A stretch of DNA of 64,000 bases from a virus. Location of the stretch: positions 1 to 64,000 of the IMG/VR virus record IMGVR_UViG_3300042377_000625; one strand, written 5' to 3'. The notes below the pieces were generated by a model that ran no database searches, was not told the DNA's origin, and was given only the letters and a program-made list of their open reading frames with translations. How positions within the stretch are numbered: the first letter of the stretch is position 1; the number at the start of each line of letters is the position of its first letter. Both the position numbers and the translations under genes were made by a program. Below are positions 36,623 to 47,704 of this stretch, in pieces.

Positions 36623-38098
36623 TTAATCTAAATACTTCATATTAACGATTTGAAATTTAACTTGTCGTTTGTATGTATTTATCTCTCCACTACTATCCAC
36701 CTTAATATCTATATAATACTCGTTAGGTATTTTATCCCTAGTGTCAAACATAAAATAATATTCGTTTGGCGTCCTGTTGATTTTGGTCCAACCTTGAACC
36801 TCAACCTCAGTCTGGCCTTCTCTAACATATACTCTGTAGTGAGCGTCAACATTTTGTAAAAGTTTTTGAGTTGTGTAAGCTTGTTTAATGACAACACCAA
36901 CTTTTCTAATATCAGTATTGTATATTTTTTCATCTTGTTTAATACCATAAAAGTCAAACCCATATAATTTAGGGTCGACTGAATTAGTACCAATCTGAAT
37001 TGAATTTTTTAATGGTTGTATTGTAAACTCATTAAACGATTGGGGTAATGGGAAACCATTGTAATTTAAGTTGTACCATTTATCAGTAAACATACATGGT
37101 GTTTTATAACCAATTATTGGTGGTATAACAATTTCATAAACACCTTTAGTTCTTTGACAAGCGGTTAACCCTGTTAATCCAGGAATGTCATTTCCCGATG
37201 AATCCATAATAGTAACACTTGGATTATTGTCTAAATTGATTGGGTTACCGTTATCAAACAAGTACAAATAAAGTTTGTTTGTTCTACCTAAAGAAAATAA
37301 GTTTCTATCATCTTCAATAAGGTCATTATAGTTTGTTTCTAAAAATGGTTCGTAAAATGTTTGAGTATGTCTTGTAAAAAATTGAGTTTCATAGGTATCA
37401 GTAAGACCTGATAAGTTTTCGACCTGAGGTTTGTAAGCAATTCCCCATCCTGTGACATTAGTTAATGAACCATCAATAATTGAATTAATTTCACTAGTCA
37501 TGTCAAAACTAACGTTCTCATTACCAAATTCAAAATGTTGTGTGTCAACGATAGTTAATGAGCTAAAAGGAACAACCCCACTGTTTAAGTTATTGTAGAC
37601 ACCAGGCTCAGTCCAAACACCAATTGTCGTTGTTTGAAACCAATTCGAGGGTCTATCAGAAAAAGATTTGTCCGTATCACTATATTCATAAACTAAATCA
37701 GCAAAATCATAACCAACACCTTCATCCCAAATCTGTGGGTTTAGTGGGTTGTTATTAATGTATGGGATTCTGAATAAAATTAAATCAAATGACGTGGCTC
37801 TTTTTCTACCTTGAGATGTTGAGGTGTTTAATAACTCAATATCAAAGGTTGAGGTATTCACCATTCTTAAAGTGTGAACAATTGTGTCGTTACAAGTTGT
37901 AGAAATTGTACCGTCATTTATCTTCTGAAATAGTAATGAAAGGTCTAAATCGAATATGAATCTACTATACCCACTAGGATATTGAGACACTGCGGTAGAA
38001 CCATAAAACAATTCCGTAACTGGGTTTCTACCAGTATTGGTGAAACTGTTGGATATGATAGTATTGTTCTTACTAAAGTAGGAGTTATTAATTGACAT
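36623..38098 (-). CDS. probable virion (baseplate/tail) protein
   Basis: 491-aa beta-rich protein; late motif upstream; adjacent to a gp5-like gene. Confidence 0.55.
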   Translation of the reverse strand: MSINNSYFSKNNTIISNSFTNTGRNPVTELFYGSTAVSQYPSGYSRFIFDLDLSLLFQKINDGTISTTCNDTIVHTLRMVNTSTFDIELLNTSTSQGRKRATSFDLILFRIPYINNNPLNPQIWDEGVGYDFADLVYEYSDTDKSFSDRPSNWFQTTTIGVWTEPGVYNNLNSGVVPFSSLTIVDTQHFEFGNENVSFDMTSEINSIIDGSLTNVTGWGIAYKPQVENLSGLTDTYETQFFTRHTQTFYEPFLETNYNDLIEDDRNLFSLGRTNKLYLYLFDNGNPINLDNNPSVTIMDSSGNDIPGLTGLTACQRTKGVYEIVIPPIIGYKTPCMFTDKWYNLNYNGFPLPQSFNEFTIQPLKNSIQIGTNSVDPKLYGFDFYGIKQDEKIYNTDIRKVGVVIKQAYTTQKLLQNVDAHYRVYVREGQTEVEVQGWTKINRTPNEYYFMFDTRDKIPNEYYIDIKVDSSGEINTYKRQVKFQIVNMKYLD

Positions 38099-38120
38099 TT
38101 AAGTGTTTTACTTATAAATA

Positions 38121-39701
38121 TCAATTAATTCGGATATTTTGATTTAGGATGGTATTTTCTGCGTCAGCAAGAATTGCATTAATTTCTGCGGAGGTTTGTC
38201 CGTTACCTGCGGCAACAGGAATAGGTGGTGCCGTAGCCACAGGATGTACGTGACCAGTAACAAATGAAAATATTTTTCTAAGTAGTTTCATTAACTCATC
38301 ACCTCTTGTTGTTGGGTATGTCTTATTAAAAATACTACTTTCGTCACCAATAAATTTATCTTGTGGTATACCATATAAAGTTTGACTTAAACTAATCTTA
38401 CCTTTAGGTCCTGTAGAGTCTTGAGATAGTAAATAAATTTTTTGAGCTCCTAAGACACCATAAGTGACATCTGAAGGTACAAACTCGGATGGAGTAACTG
38501 TTTCAGTTTTAATATCCCCTTGAGGTCCAATAAGTGCAGTTCCATTTTTGTTTTCCCAAACTAAAAACCACCCACTATTAACTAACCCCATATTTAATTT
38601 AATTTTACTATAAAAATTAACATAATTAGTTAGTTCCGCAACATCATTTACAACTTGTGATGGTGAGAATTTAACACCTTTTTCATAAGTTAATTTTGAT
38701 GGGGTAACAACAAATGGAAATATTTGGTCTTGAGGTATATTACGTAATTGGTTGTTAACAACATAATTAGGTAAATCAATAAATTTTTTAAAAACTCCAT
38801 CACTAAATTTATTAATTAAAGTTAATGATTCGTTAAAACTTTTGGCGGTAAATTTTACTTCCTCAATAGGGCCACTATAATCGGTACCAACACTTAAGTT
38901 AAGGATAGTGTCGGACTTAAAATTTTTACTGTTAACTTTCTGACTTGGTATTACATTGTATAATCCAACAGACCCATTAAAAACATTTTGAGTGTTTTCT
39001 AAATTTTCAATATCCCAGATTATTATTTTTTTAACTACCTTTACATTTTCAACTAATCTAGCTTGACTTTCTTGGGGTAATAAAACTTTTTGTTGGGTAA
39101 AATTTGAAAGTTGTAAGAATGACCTCATCGCATTTCCAACAGGTAATTGTGTTGTACTTAATACTTTTGTTTTACCCGCTCTAATTAAAACCTCATTTTC
39201 TTTAACAACTACATCGGCGGAACCACGTCCTAACAATGCGTTATCACCAGGTTCGGGAAATACACCATAACTATCTTTGTTACGATATTGCCCATCACTA
39301 TTTTTAATCGAAATACCTTGTTTAATTCTATCTCCCGCAGCTAAAAATTTCTTAGCGCCTTGATAATACTCAAAAGGTGTTGTCATTGGTGACGAAAACG
39401 GTCCTTGAATATAAAATTGACTTTGGAAATTAAATTTTTTATTTTGATATATAATATGTACGTACTCGTCTTTTTTCGGTACTTGGCTAAAATAAAAAGG
39501 TAGTAATGGTAAAAAAATTAACGGGTCTTTAGAAGTCCATTTATCTATTTCCTCATTCCAATCAGGAACTGAAGCTAAAATATCACTATATGTTTGTGTT
39601 TCAGGTATTACTCTAAGTCTACCTAACATCATCGGGTCTTGGTTATCGTAAACGATACCAGGAAATATAATTTGATACTTATTAGATTGGTCTATTTTCA
39701 T
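38121..39701 (-). CDS. baseplate hub/spike protein (gp5/VgrG-like)
   Basis: N-terminal OB motif [15 protein letters not shown]; [12 protein letters not shown]; C-terminal RGDEL...GHVH. Confidence 0.65.
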   Translation of the reverse strand: MKIDQSNKYQIIFPGIVYDNQDPMMLGRLRVIPETQTYSDILASVPDWNEEIDKWTSKDPLIFLPLLPFYFSQVPKKDEYVHIIYQNKKFNFQSQFYIQGPFSSPMTTPFEYYQGAKKFLAAGDRIKQGISIKNSDGQYRNKDSYGVFPEPGDNALLGRGSADVVVKENEVLIRAGKTKVLSTTQLPVGNAMRSFLQLSNFTQQKVLLPQESQARLVENVKVVKKIIIWDIENLENTQNVFNGSVGLYNVIPSQKVNSKNFKSDTILNLSVGTDYSGPIEEVKFTAKSFNESLTLINKFSDGVFKKFIDLPNYVVNNQLRNIPQDQIFPFVVTPSKLTYEKGVKFSPSQVVNDVAELTNYVNFYSKIKLNMGLVNSGWFLVWENKNGTALIGPQGDIKTETVTPSEFVPSDVTYGVLGAQKIYLLSQDSTGPKGKISLSQTLYGIPQDKFIGDESSIFNKTYPTTRGDELMKLLRKIFSFVTGHVHPVATAPPIPVAAGNGQTSAEINAILADAENTILNQNIRIN

Positions 39702-39913
39702 TATTTAATAGTTCTGTTTTGATATTCTTTAAGAATAGTATTGTAAGTTAATTCTAATTTATCTAAATGTTCGGTCATTTTAATGACCGCATCTTTGGTA
39801 AATTTAAAATCTTCCTGAATAAAATCCATAACAAAAGTCAAATCTTTATTTGAGTGTGATTTGTAGTCTTTTATTATTTTTACGGCTTTTTCCGATTGTT
39901 CTTTTTTTGTCAT
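39701..39913 (-). CDS. hypothetical protein
   Basis: 70 aa; coupled to neighbouring genes. Confidence 0.7.
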   Translation of the reverse strand: MTKKEQSEKAVKIIKDYKSHSNKDLTFVMDFIQEDFKFTKDAVIKMTEHLDKLELTYNTILKEYQNRTIK

Positions 39914-39915
39914 AA

Positions 39916-41823
39916 TTACATTTTTTTACCGAAAGCACTCGAAGGAACTGTCAGACCTGCTGGTGTCATTGTTAATGGTGGTATTGCAATTTGTACCTTA
40001 CCATTTTCAGCCTCTTCCGATGACATAGATTTCATTTGCCCTAACATTTTTAGAACATCTAAATTAGGACTTCCATCTGGCATTGTACCTGTTGGGATAC
40101 CAAGTTTTTGCATTTCCTCAATAGCTCCAATAAACGCACGAGATTCAGAATATCCATCCATAAATTGAGATGCAAATAATAGAGGTAATGGTATTTCACC
40201 ACCCCATCCAGAAGTCGCAATCTTTAACAATGATAGAATTTCATCAATAACACTCTTACATTTACGCCAATCCGATATAAACTGAGCCACAACAATTATA
40301 AGTTGGATTAACTTTAAAATCATAATAATTCTTTTATCCATTTTTTCTCTAGCAACATCTTGAATTACTGATTGGATTAAATTTAAAATATCTTTTTTAA
40401 TTATTTCAAAAAGTTCCTTAACAAATAAAGCTCCTATTTTTGACATTAAGTTTATAAAAAACTTTTTAAATGTTTTCATGAAAGCGACGAATGAGTTAAC
40501 ACCATCAACAAATGTTTGACCTAATGATTTTAACATTACAAATATTGGTAATAATACTTTTGGAGATAGTAACGACGCGGCAATTCCTTGAACGATTAAT
40601 TTAAGGAAGTTTAAATCTACCGTGGCTTTAATATTCCCCTCAATAGCAAAACCTTGCCATTCAGGATTGTTAATTAATGTTTGAGTTAATGCGTCAGCAG
40701 CATCGACTAAATCCTTATCCTCAATAAAATTTAATGTACCTAAATCATTTAGAATGTCATCATAATTAACGGGTAATTTAACATTACCACAATCCTCAAA
40801 TTCAATCACACCATTTTTAATGTTAGTTACTCTTTGGTCAATATTACGTAAATCAATATCTGTGAATTCAAAAAACGACTCATCAATATCATCGAGTTCG
40901 GCTAATTTTGCAATACCACTAACATCGATTTCTTTTTTATTATCAAAACATAAACCTAAAACCCTTTGGATGATTAACATAAGTTTATTAGTGTCTTCGG
41001 CTTGAGCTACTCCAACATTTGCACTAATAGATATGGCTCCACTTAATGACTCCATAATATTTGCCATAATATTTGTGAACTCAACAACTTTAGTTGTTCT
41101 ATAATAATCGGCTAAAAAAGTACCAACTTTATTAATATTGTTTGCTCTATTAGGTAGAGTTACCTTAAACCACGGACCAGTTTCTCCTAAGTTATTTGTG
41201 TCAACGTATTGAATATCAAATAACGCTTGTCCTGATTGACCAATATATTGTTGACCGTTGTCAGTTGAGTAAGGTTGACCACTTTGAATTCTTTGATACA
41301 ACTCTTTGTTCATTGAGAATGGATAAAGTTGTACGTTAACAGGATTTCTTTCGTATAAGACTTTACCTTCTTTACTTGACGGGTCTTTTTTTAATAGGTT
41401 AATCAAGTCTATTGAACTTACTTTAACATACACCACCTGAGCCGCATATGTTTGTTGTTGGTCACAACCAACCGCATTTATTGCTTCTTCCATAAGAAGC
41501 TCAATAATTTTAGGTTCAATATTCTTAATAACCCTAATTAATGTTTTTTTAACGTAACTAATTGAACTACCTCCCTTACCACCAGTAAGATTATTAATAT
41601 CTAGTAATTGTTCAAATTGATTTTTGATTTCCCTTTGAAATCTTTTAGTCTGTTCTTTGACTTTATCTATAGACTCAGTAACGTTTTGTTTGGCAGTATC
41701 AAAAGACTCTCCAGCTTTTTTAGAAGTGTCATCATATTGAGTTTTTAAATCCTTATATGTGGTGGTCGCCGCAATCTTTTTTTGTGCGTCTTTATAATCA
41801 AGACCTAAATCTAATGATGCCAT
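39916..41823 (-). CDS. hypothetical (probable virion) protein
   Basis: 635-aa ORF in the late operon. Confidence 0.7.
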   Translation of the reverse strand: MASLDLGLDYKDAQKKIAATTTYKDLKTQYDDTSKKAGESFDTAKQNVTESIDKVKEQTKRFQREIKNQFEQLLDINNLTGGKGGSSISYVKKTLIRVIKNIEPKIIELLMEEAINAVGCDQQQTYAAQVVYVKVSSIDLINLLKKDPSSKEGKVLYERNPVNVQLYPFSMNKELYQRIQSGQPYSTDNGQQYIGQSGQALFDIQYVDTNNLGETGPWFKVTLPNRANNINKVGTFLADYYRTTKVVEFTNIMANIMESLSGAISISANVGVAQAEDTNKLMLIIQRVLGLCFDNKKEIDVSGIAKLAELDDIDESFFEFTDIDLRNIDQRVTNIKNGVIEFEDCGNVKLPVNYDDILNDLGTLNFIEDKDLVDAADALTQTLINNPEWQGFAIEGNIKATVDLNFLKLIVQGIAASLLSPKVLLPIFVMLKSLGQTFVDGVNSFVAFMKTFKKFFINLMSKIGALFVKELFEIIKKDILNLIQSVIQDVAREKMDKRIIMILKLIQLIIVVAQFISDWRKCKSVIDEILSLLKIATSGWGGEIPLPLLFASQFMDGYSESRAFIGAIEEMQKLGIPTGTMPDGSPNLDVLKMLGQMKSMSSEEAENGKVQIAIPPLTMTPAGLTVPSSAFGKKM

Positions 41824-41828
41824 TTTAG

Positions 41829-42206
41829 TTAGTTTTTCATTTTGTAAGACCCGTCAGGTTTAGACGCGTCTTTTAGTATTAAATTTTCTAATAAATCATC
41901 ATCCACACCTAAATCAGTAATTGAGAAACTACCACTTCCTGCGGTATTAGATTTTTCCCACATAGTAGATTGCAGTTTAGATAATGTTAATTTCTTTTCA
42001 ACACAATCGTTAATGATTTTTTGTTGCTTTTCAATAACAGGACCTATTAGAGTCATATCTTCAGGTTCTTTCATCATTGTCAACATTTTATTTTGTATTC
42101 TAATCGCAGTGTTTCTTTGTTCAACAAGTTCATTATAGATTTCTTGCATCAAAGATAACATCGACTCTTTAGTTAAATTAATTTCTTTTTTTTGTGGTCT
42201 TCCCAT
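41829..42206 (-). CDS. hypothetical protein
   Basis: 125-aa helical ORF; late motif at 42211-42217. Confidence 0.7.
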   Translation of the reverse strand: MGRPQKKEINLTKESMLSLMQEIYNELVEQRNTAIRIQNKMLTMMKEPEDMTLIGPVIEKQQKIINDCVEKKLTLSKLQSTMWEKSNTAGSGSFSITDLGVDDDLLENLILKDASKPDGSYKMKN

Positions 42207-42231
42207 TACAATAAATATTAACTATAAAATT

Positions 42232-42981
42232 TTATTTAACCATATTCTCCACTAAAGTATAATACATTGTTTTGTATTTCTTCATTGACCCCCTAATTTC
42301 TTTGGTTGACAAATTAGTCATTTCCCTTAATGAGAGTAGTATAATATTTTTATTAAATTTATTATTATCGTTACCGATAAAAATAGATTCATAATTCTCA
42401 AAAAGGTCATGTAACGCATGACCTAGTTTGATTTCGTTTTCCGATAAACTCTCATTTTCTAGCAAATTATCTAACTCAAGTAAAAAGTTTTTAATTACTT
42501 TTTCTGAATCAATACCTTCTTTTTCTATACTGTAAGAAAAGTTAGGGTTATTTTCTATACTCGTTGAGATATCTTCATATGATATTTTTCGGTTAGTTTC
42601 TTTTTGGTCCTTAATAATTTGACCCATAAGATAATTCTTACAGATTGTACCAAAATATGAATAAGCTTTTTTCTCTCTAGAGGGTTTAAACTTTTCAATT
42701 TTTGTCATTAAGAATGAGTGAGTGTCTACATGTATCTCCGTAAAGTCCATGTCTTTTCTATATAATTTGTATCTTCGAATTATCGAAGATATCATCTTAT
42801 CTAAAGGTTTTTTTAAAAAATCATTATAAATTTTATTTCGTTCTTCGTAGGAGGTTGATTCTAAAAATCTAACAACGGCCTGCTCTTCGGGAACATCAAA
42901 ATAATTTAATTGTGTTGGTTTTCTACCTTTCTTTTTTAACTCAACATTGGTGTTTCCTGTTAAATTAATAATTTCTGTCAT
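42232..42981 (-). CDS. phage sigma factor, T4 gp55-like
   Basis: Sigma region-2-like segment KIEKFKPSREKKAYSYFGTICKNYLMGQIIKDQK. Confidence 0.6.
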   Translation of the reverse strand: MTEIINLTGNTNVELKKKGRKPTQLNYFDVPEEQAVVRFLESTSYEERNKIYNDFLKKPLDKMISSIIRRYKLYRKDMDFTEIHVDTHSFLMTKIEKFKPSREKKAYSYFGTICKNYLMGQIIKDQKETNRKISYEDISTSIENNPNFSYSIEKEGIDSEKVIKNFLLELDNLLENESLSENEIKLGHALHDLFENYESIFIGNDNNKFNKNIILLSLREMTNLSTKEIRGSMKKYKTMYYTLVENMVK

Positions 42982-43793
42982 TAAACTGTTTGGGGTTCAT
43001 ACTTTATGGCCCTGTCGTTAATAAAAAAGTATTCTTTTTTGGCCGAGTCAATCCAAAATCTTACTTCACCTTCCGTTAATCTATCGTCACCATTTTTATA
43101 ATTCCAAAAAATAGACCCGTCTCTCAAGTTAACATGTTTATACCCAATCTTAGGTATTGACATAATCTTAACTGAGTTATGTGTCATTCTTAAGAAAAAT
43201 TCATATCCAAATGTTAATTTGAATGATGGTTTAATTAAACCAAAATCAATAAAAGATGATGTTTTAATAACCATACCTGAAGTTTGAAAATTCTGATATT
43301 CTAATAAAGTTTCATGAGTTAAAATACCCATTTCTGGTGTGAAGTTTGCTGCGAATGTTGCCTCATTTGTAAATCCTGCAAATTTACCTGTTTGGTCTGT
43401 ATCAACAACGATAGGTAAGAATGCGTCAACATCAGGATATGAGTTAGCGTAGACCTCAACGTTTTTAAACCAAATACTTGAATACTCATCGTCAAACTCA
43501 AATAGAGAAACCCATTTAGATTTTGCCGACCTCACACCATGATTTATTTGTGATGCGTAGTTAGCGTCTTTTGTCCACGCAACTTTAACTACATTTAAAG
43601 TACCAAAATCAAATTGATTTAAGTAATCTACAATATGTGTTTCGTTAGTGTGAACTATAATTAATTCATTGATACCAACTTTTTGATTTTTTAATGACTC
43701 AATACATTTTTCAAAATATTCAGTAAATCCGTTTGCTTTTCCTGACTTAATTGGTAAAATAACCGATACGTCAAATTTTTGTGTGTTTTCCAT
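42981..43793 (-). CDS. glycosyltransferase family 2
   Basis: VSVILPI, INHGV...WVSLFEFDDEY and YEFFLR. Confidence 0.8.
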   Translation of the reverse strand: MENTQKFDVSVILPIKSGKANGFTEYFEKCIESLKNQKVGINELIIVHTNETHIVDYLNQFDFGTLNVVKVAWTKDANYASQINHGVRSAKSKWVSLFEFDDEYSSIWFKNVEVYANSYPDVDAFLPIVVDTDQTGKFAGFTNEATFAANFTPEMGILTHETLLEYQNFQTSGMVIKTSSFIDFGLIKPSFKLTFGYEFFLRMTHNSVKIMSIPKIGYKHVNLRDGSIFWNYKNGDDRLTEGEVRFWIDSAKKEYFFINDRAIKYEPQTV

Positions 43794-43794
43794 A

Positions 43795-44859
43795 TTACTC
43801 TTCGATAGTTTCTAGTTTAGTTAATTGTTCTTGAAATGAGGCAAATCTTGTGTTAATATAATCAGTAAATAATTTTACCGAAACCTCATTGAATTCTTTT
43901 TTTGTTGGTAAATTCTCAACTGTTTTAATCATTTCCTCATATAAATTAGGGTTAACATTGTCCTCCAACCAATTTTGTAAGAAGTCAGCAACAAAATCAA
44001 CCATTTGATTTTTATTGTTAATCCATATACCATTATCCTCTGACATCCAAGATGGTAGTAAGTTTGGTGTTAAACCTAAAACAGGTACCCCGCAAGTCAT
44101 TGATTCTAATGGGAATGTACCATAAGCACTTGTTTCATCAATCCATACAGATAAGAAACTTTCTTTTAATGATTTAGAAAATTCTTCTTCGGATAAACCT
44201 CTCATATCTCTAAAAGTGACCCATCTATATTGAGGGAATTTTATGTAGAAAGATTTAATTAAATTAACCGAATCTCTTTGGTCTCTTGAATGGACTGCAA
44301 CAATTGGTTTTGGTGGTAATGTTTGTTTGGTGAATGATTCCGAAATGAATGGTTTTAAAACATCATAAGAAATACCTTTCATTAAGTTTTCTAAAAACTC
44401 CATTTGGGTTTCTGATGTAGTAATACATTTGTAAAACCCTAATTGTGACCAAGATTGACCTGGTTGTAATGTTTCCAATACGTGGTCATAAGCTTGACAT
44501 AACACAATTTTACCACAAGGTAATTTAGCGATTTGACTCATTACAAATCCGTATAATTCAGGGATAACAATAAAATCTTCAGGTGAAACCTCTAAGTTTT
44601 GACCTTCGATAGATTTATGAGGTAATGATGTCATGTATGATTCACCTAACCATCCTGATACTCCTGTATAATCAGGTTTCTCATGTAAAATGATTGGGTT
44701 ATATCCTTCGTTTAATAATGCCATTCCTAAATTATAAATGTAGGCGATTGATGCTTTGGCATTACCCTTAGTATCCTGAACTAAAAGATAGATTCTTGAT
44801 TTCTTATCTTTCATGTTTTGAACTGACTGTTCTAATTTTGAAATTTGTTCTTTATTCAT
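43795..44859 (-). CDS. glycosyltransferase (GT-B, GT4-like)
   Basis: DFIVIPE and YGTFPLESMTCGVPV. Confidence 0.7.
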   Translation of the reverse strand: MNKEQISKLEQSVQNMKDKKSRIYLLVQDTKGNAKASIAYIYNLGMALLNEGYNPIILHEKPDYTGVSGWLGESYMTSLPHKSIEGQNLEVSPEDFIVIPELYGFVMSQIAKLPCGKIVLCQAYDHVLETLQPGQSWSQLGFYKCITTSETQMEFLENLMKGISYDVLKPFISESFTKQTLPPKPIVAVHSRDQRDSVNLIKSFYIKFPQYRWVTFRDMRGLSEEEFSKSLKESFLSVWIDETSAYGTFPLESMTCGVPVLGLTPNLLPSWMSEDNGIWINNKNQMVDFVADFLQNWLEDNVNPNLYEEMIKTVENLPTKKEFNEVSVKLFTDYINTRFASFQEQLTKLETIEE

Positions 44860-44863
44860 TGTA

Positions 44864-45139
44864 TTAGTATTTATTTAGTAATTTTTTATTTAAAAGTGTG
44901 TTAAAGGCTAATTTAAATGGAATTGTAATCTCTGACCCTTTACCTGCTAAAGTTTCGTCGACTTCATCTCCATCATCCATAATAACATCTAACATGAGTT
45001 TAATCGTTTCGTATTTTACGATATTAATTTGTGTACTATCGGTTTCACCCGAAGAAGATGACGGCTCTTGTTTTATTTGGATATATTCGTCAATCTTATC
45101 TAAATCCAAATAGTAATGTTCTCCTAATATTTTTAACAT
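44864..45139 (-). CDS. hypothetical protein
   Basis: 91 aa inside the operon. Confidence 0.7.
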   Translation of the reverse strand: MLKILGEHYYLDLDKIDEYIQIKQEPSSSSGETDSTQINIVKYETIKLMLDVIMDDGDEVDETLAGKGSEITIPFKLAFNTLLNKKLLNKY

Positions 45140-45735
45140 TATAAAATAATTTTTAATTTATCTTCCAATTCTTTGATTGTGTTTATTGTGTATTCCGATT
45201 CAACATTATTGTTATAAATTGTTTCATATTTAATTAATGTTTTATCTGATGGATGGTCTAATAATAGTGCGGGATTTGCGGTAAGTAAAACATCAATTTC
45301 ATCCCACATAGAGTTAATTGTTAAATTACTATAGAATTTTACCTTTTCAAATTCGCATCCAAATTTAGATAAGAAAAATAATGAAGCGGGTTTTGATTTA
45401 TTAATTTCGTCAGAAATAATAATTAAATCATGTTCATTTCTTAATTTTAAGTAGATTTCATTTAAATCGTTAAATGTTGAGTATTCTGCTGATTGAGCAT
45501 GTCCAAAAATTTCCATAGGAAATTCTTCATACAAGAATGAGTATAACTCCTCATCATTTTCAAAACTAAAATGTTTTTTTAAATCAAGACTATCAACAGG
45601 TGTTGTTATCTCGTAATTGAAGGTGTTTTCTTCCTCAATACCGTCAGTCTTATCAATCATGAATTTTTGATAAGTTTGTTCTATTTTGTCTAAAGTGTTT
45701 CGTAGAACACCATTAATTTCTATACCTATTCTCAT
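45139..45735 (-). CDS. HAD 5'-nucleotidase-like protein with degenerate motif I
   Basis: MRIGIEINGVLRN in place of DxDGVL. Confidence 0.6.
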   Translation of the reverse strand: MRIGIEINGVLRNTLDKIEQTYQKFMIDKTDGIEEENTFNYEITTPVDSLDLKKHFSFENDEELYSFLYEEFPMEIFGHAQSAEYSTFNDLNEIYLKLRNEHDLIIISDEINKSKPASLFFLSKFGCEFEKVKFYSNLTINSMWDEIDVLLTANPALLLDHPSDKTLIKYETIYNNNVESEYTINTIKELEDKLKIIL

Positions 45736-45757
45736 ATACGTAAAAAAATATGTAAAA

Positions 45758-45799
45758 AACCCAATAAGTAAATTAAATTGAATTTATACTTATTGGGTT
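45758..45799 (-). terminator. hairpin/terminator after phoH
   Basis: AACCCAATAAGTA/TACTTATTGGGTT 13-bp stem with a T run on the minus strand. Confidence 0.6.
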
Positions 45800-45809
45800 C
45801 GTAATTATT

Positions 45810-46547
45810 TTAGTTTTCGTATCTTTTTAGGATTTTACTAATTAATGGGTTTCTAACCACATCTTCAGGTTTGAATTCGAATGTTCCAATATCATCCATA
45901 TTTTGAAACTTTTGTAGTGCGTCCCACAACCCTGTCTGAGTTTTATCTTTATGTCGGTCAAATTGTTCTAAGTCACCTGAAAGGAAGAATTTAGAATTAA
46001 ACCCAATCCTTGTTAATAATAATTTCATTTGACTTGGTGTTGAGTTCTGAGCCTCCTCGAATAGTAGAATTGAATTGTCGATGTTCATACCTCTCATGTA
46101 GGCCAATGCAAAAACTTCGATAGCTTCAATCTCTTTTAATTTTTCTCTCGCTTCTTTACCAATAATCTTATTTAATAAATAATACGATGGGAAAATGTAA
46201 GGGTCTAATTTCTCTTCAACATTACCAGGGAGTGAACCTAATTTTTCTTCGGCCTCAACTGCGGGTCTTACAATAATGATTTTTTCATAAGGTGTTGTAG
46301 GGTCTGCGAGTAAATCTACCGCCGCTTTCATCGCTATGTAACTTTTACCAACACCTGCAGGTCCTGAACAAATGGTAATTTGACTATTAGTTAAAATGTC
46401 ATAATACTTTCTTTGACTTTCCGAAAGAAACTTCTCTTTAGATTTTTTCTTTATGATTTGTGATATTAATTCTTTTTTTGTTAGTCTTGGTTTGTACTCA
46501 TCAACTGGTTTTGGTGGTACTGTACTTCTTTTTTTTCTTTCTGTCAT
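45810..46547 (-). CDS. phoH: PhoH-family ATPase
   Basis: GPAGVGKS, RPAVE..EKLGSLPG, YMRG, EEAQN, LTRIG, GDLEQ and DVVRNPL. Confidence 0.95.
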   Translation of the reverse strand: MTERKKRSTVPPKPVDEYKPRLTKKELISQIIKKKSKEKFLSESQRKYYDILTNSQITICSGPAGVGKSYIAMKAAVDLLADPTTPYEKIIIVRPAVEAEEKLGSLPGNVEEKLDPYIFPSYYLLNKIIGKEAREKLKEIEAIEVFALAYMRGMNIDNSILLFEEAQNSTPSQMKLLLTRIGFNSKFFLSGDLEQFDRHKDKTQTGLWDALQKFQNMDDIGTFEFKPEDVVRNPLISKILKRYEN

Positions 46548-46606
46548 GTTAAAAACTTAAATGTTAATTGTTTTTTAAAATATACTTTAGTTACTGTTTA
46601 TGTAAA

Positions 46607-47317
46607 TCAATTTCTTTCAAATCCTTCTTCATCATGGTGACAGGTTATTGAGTTAATTAAATAACTTTTTAAGTTATTTTTTAATATATGTTCTCTACAT
46701 CTATTCCATAATTCACCATCAGAGGGTAACCCAACAACCCCTGTTTCATCAAATAAATCACGATATTTAAATGGTATTGTATTAAAATTCATACATACTG
46801 AAGAATGGATTAATGTCGCATAACTTGGTAGAAAATTAATATAATGATTTTCGATACCAATTATTTTTGGCATAGTTTTTTCTGGTGACAAGTAAGTTGA
46901 CTTAGTACAAACCCAATCGGCGTTTGTATTTAATAGACATTTATTAATTACTTCTAAATGATTTGGTTCCCATACGTCGTCATGGTCCAAATGACAAATA
47001 TAATAGTTTCCATCGTCTAATGATTTATCAATTCCGTAGTTAACCGCGTTAACACCACCGTAAGACCAAAGAGCATACCCTTTACCATAACGGTCCCTTT
47101 CTTTAGCAAACGGGAGGTTTTCAAAATAGAGTTTATCTTTATCGTAACTTTTACATATGTTAATAAACTCTTCATTATCTTCGTACTTGTCTCCAATAAC
47201 GTAAACTTTAAAATCTTCATGAGTTTGATTAAAAACACAATCTAACGCTCTTTTTAAGTAAAAAGGTGTTGAGTTATCTGTTCTTTGGTATGTTGATATT
47301 ATAATTGATAGTTTCAT
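46607..47317 (-). CDS. glycosyltransferase family 2
   Basis: LSIIISTYQR, VNYG, HLDHDD and PSDGELW. Confidence 0.85.
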   Translation of the reverse strand: MKLSIIISTYQRTDNSTPFYLKRALDCVFNQTHEDFKVYVIGDKYEDNEEFINICKSYDKDKLYFENLPFAKERDRYGKGYALWSYGGVNAVNYGIDKSLDDGNYYICHLDHDDVWEPNHLEVINKCLLNTNADWVCTKSTYLSPEKTMPKIIGIENHYINFLPSYATLIHSSVCMNFNTIPFKYRDLFDETGVVGLPSDGELWNRCREHILKNNLKSYLINSITCHHDEEGFERN

Positions 47318-47335
47318 GATTATTTAGTTTTTACT

Positions 47336-47704
47336 TTATTTTTTTAAAACTATCGCATTACCATCAATAATTTCTACATCGTCTCTTATTATTTTTGTTT
47401 TTAAAAAATACTTATTATTTTCTTTTTTGTCTAACTCAATCACAATTTCAATCTCATCATTAATGTAACAAGGGTTTTTAAAATTTAAATCTTGTTTTAA
47501 ATATATTGAACCTTCACCAGGGTAATAGGTTGCAATTATCTTAGAAAAAAAGGAAGATAATAACATTCCATGTGCAATTCTTTTTCCAAATATACTATTT
47601 TTGGAATACTCATCATCTAAGTGGATTGGATTTTTATCTCCAGACAGTTCGGAAAAATCCCTCACCATTTTATCTGTTATAGTTATTTTTTCAGAAACTC
47701 GCAT
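47336..47704 (-). CDS. MaoC-family (R)-specific enoyl-CoA hydratase
   Basis: FSELSGDKNPIHLD...FGKRIAHGML...PGEG..YLKQDLNF. Confidence 0.9.
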   Translation of the reverse strand: MRVSEKITITDKMVRDFSELSGDKNPIHLDDEYSKNSIFGKRIAHGMLLSSFFSKIIATYYPGEGSIYLKQDLNFKNPCYINDEIEIVIELDKKENNKYFLKTKIIRDDVEIIDGNAIVLKK

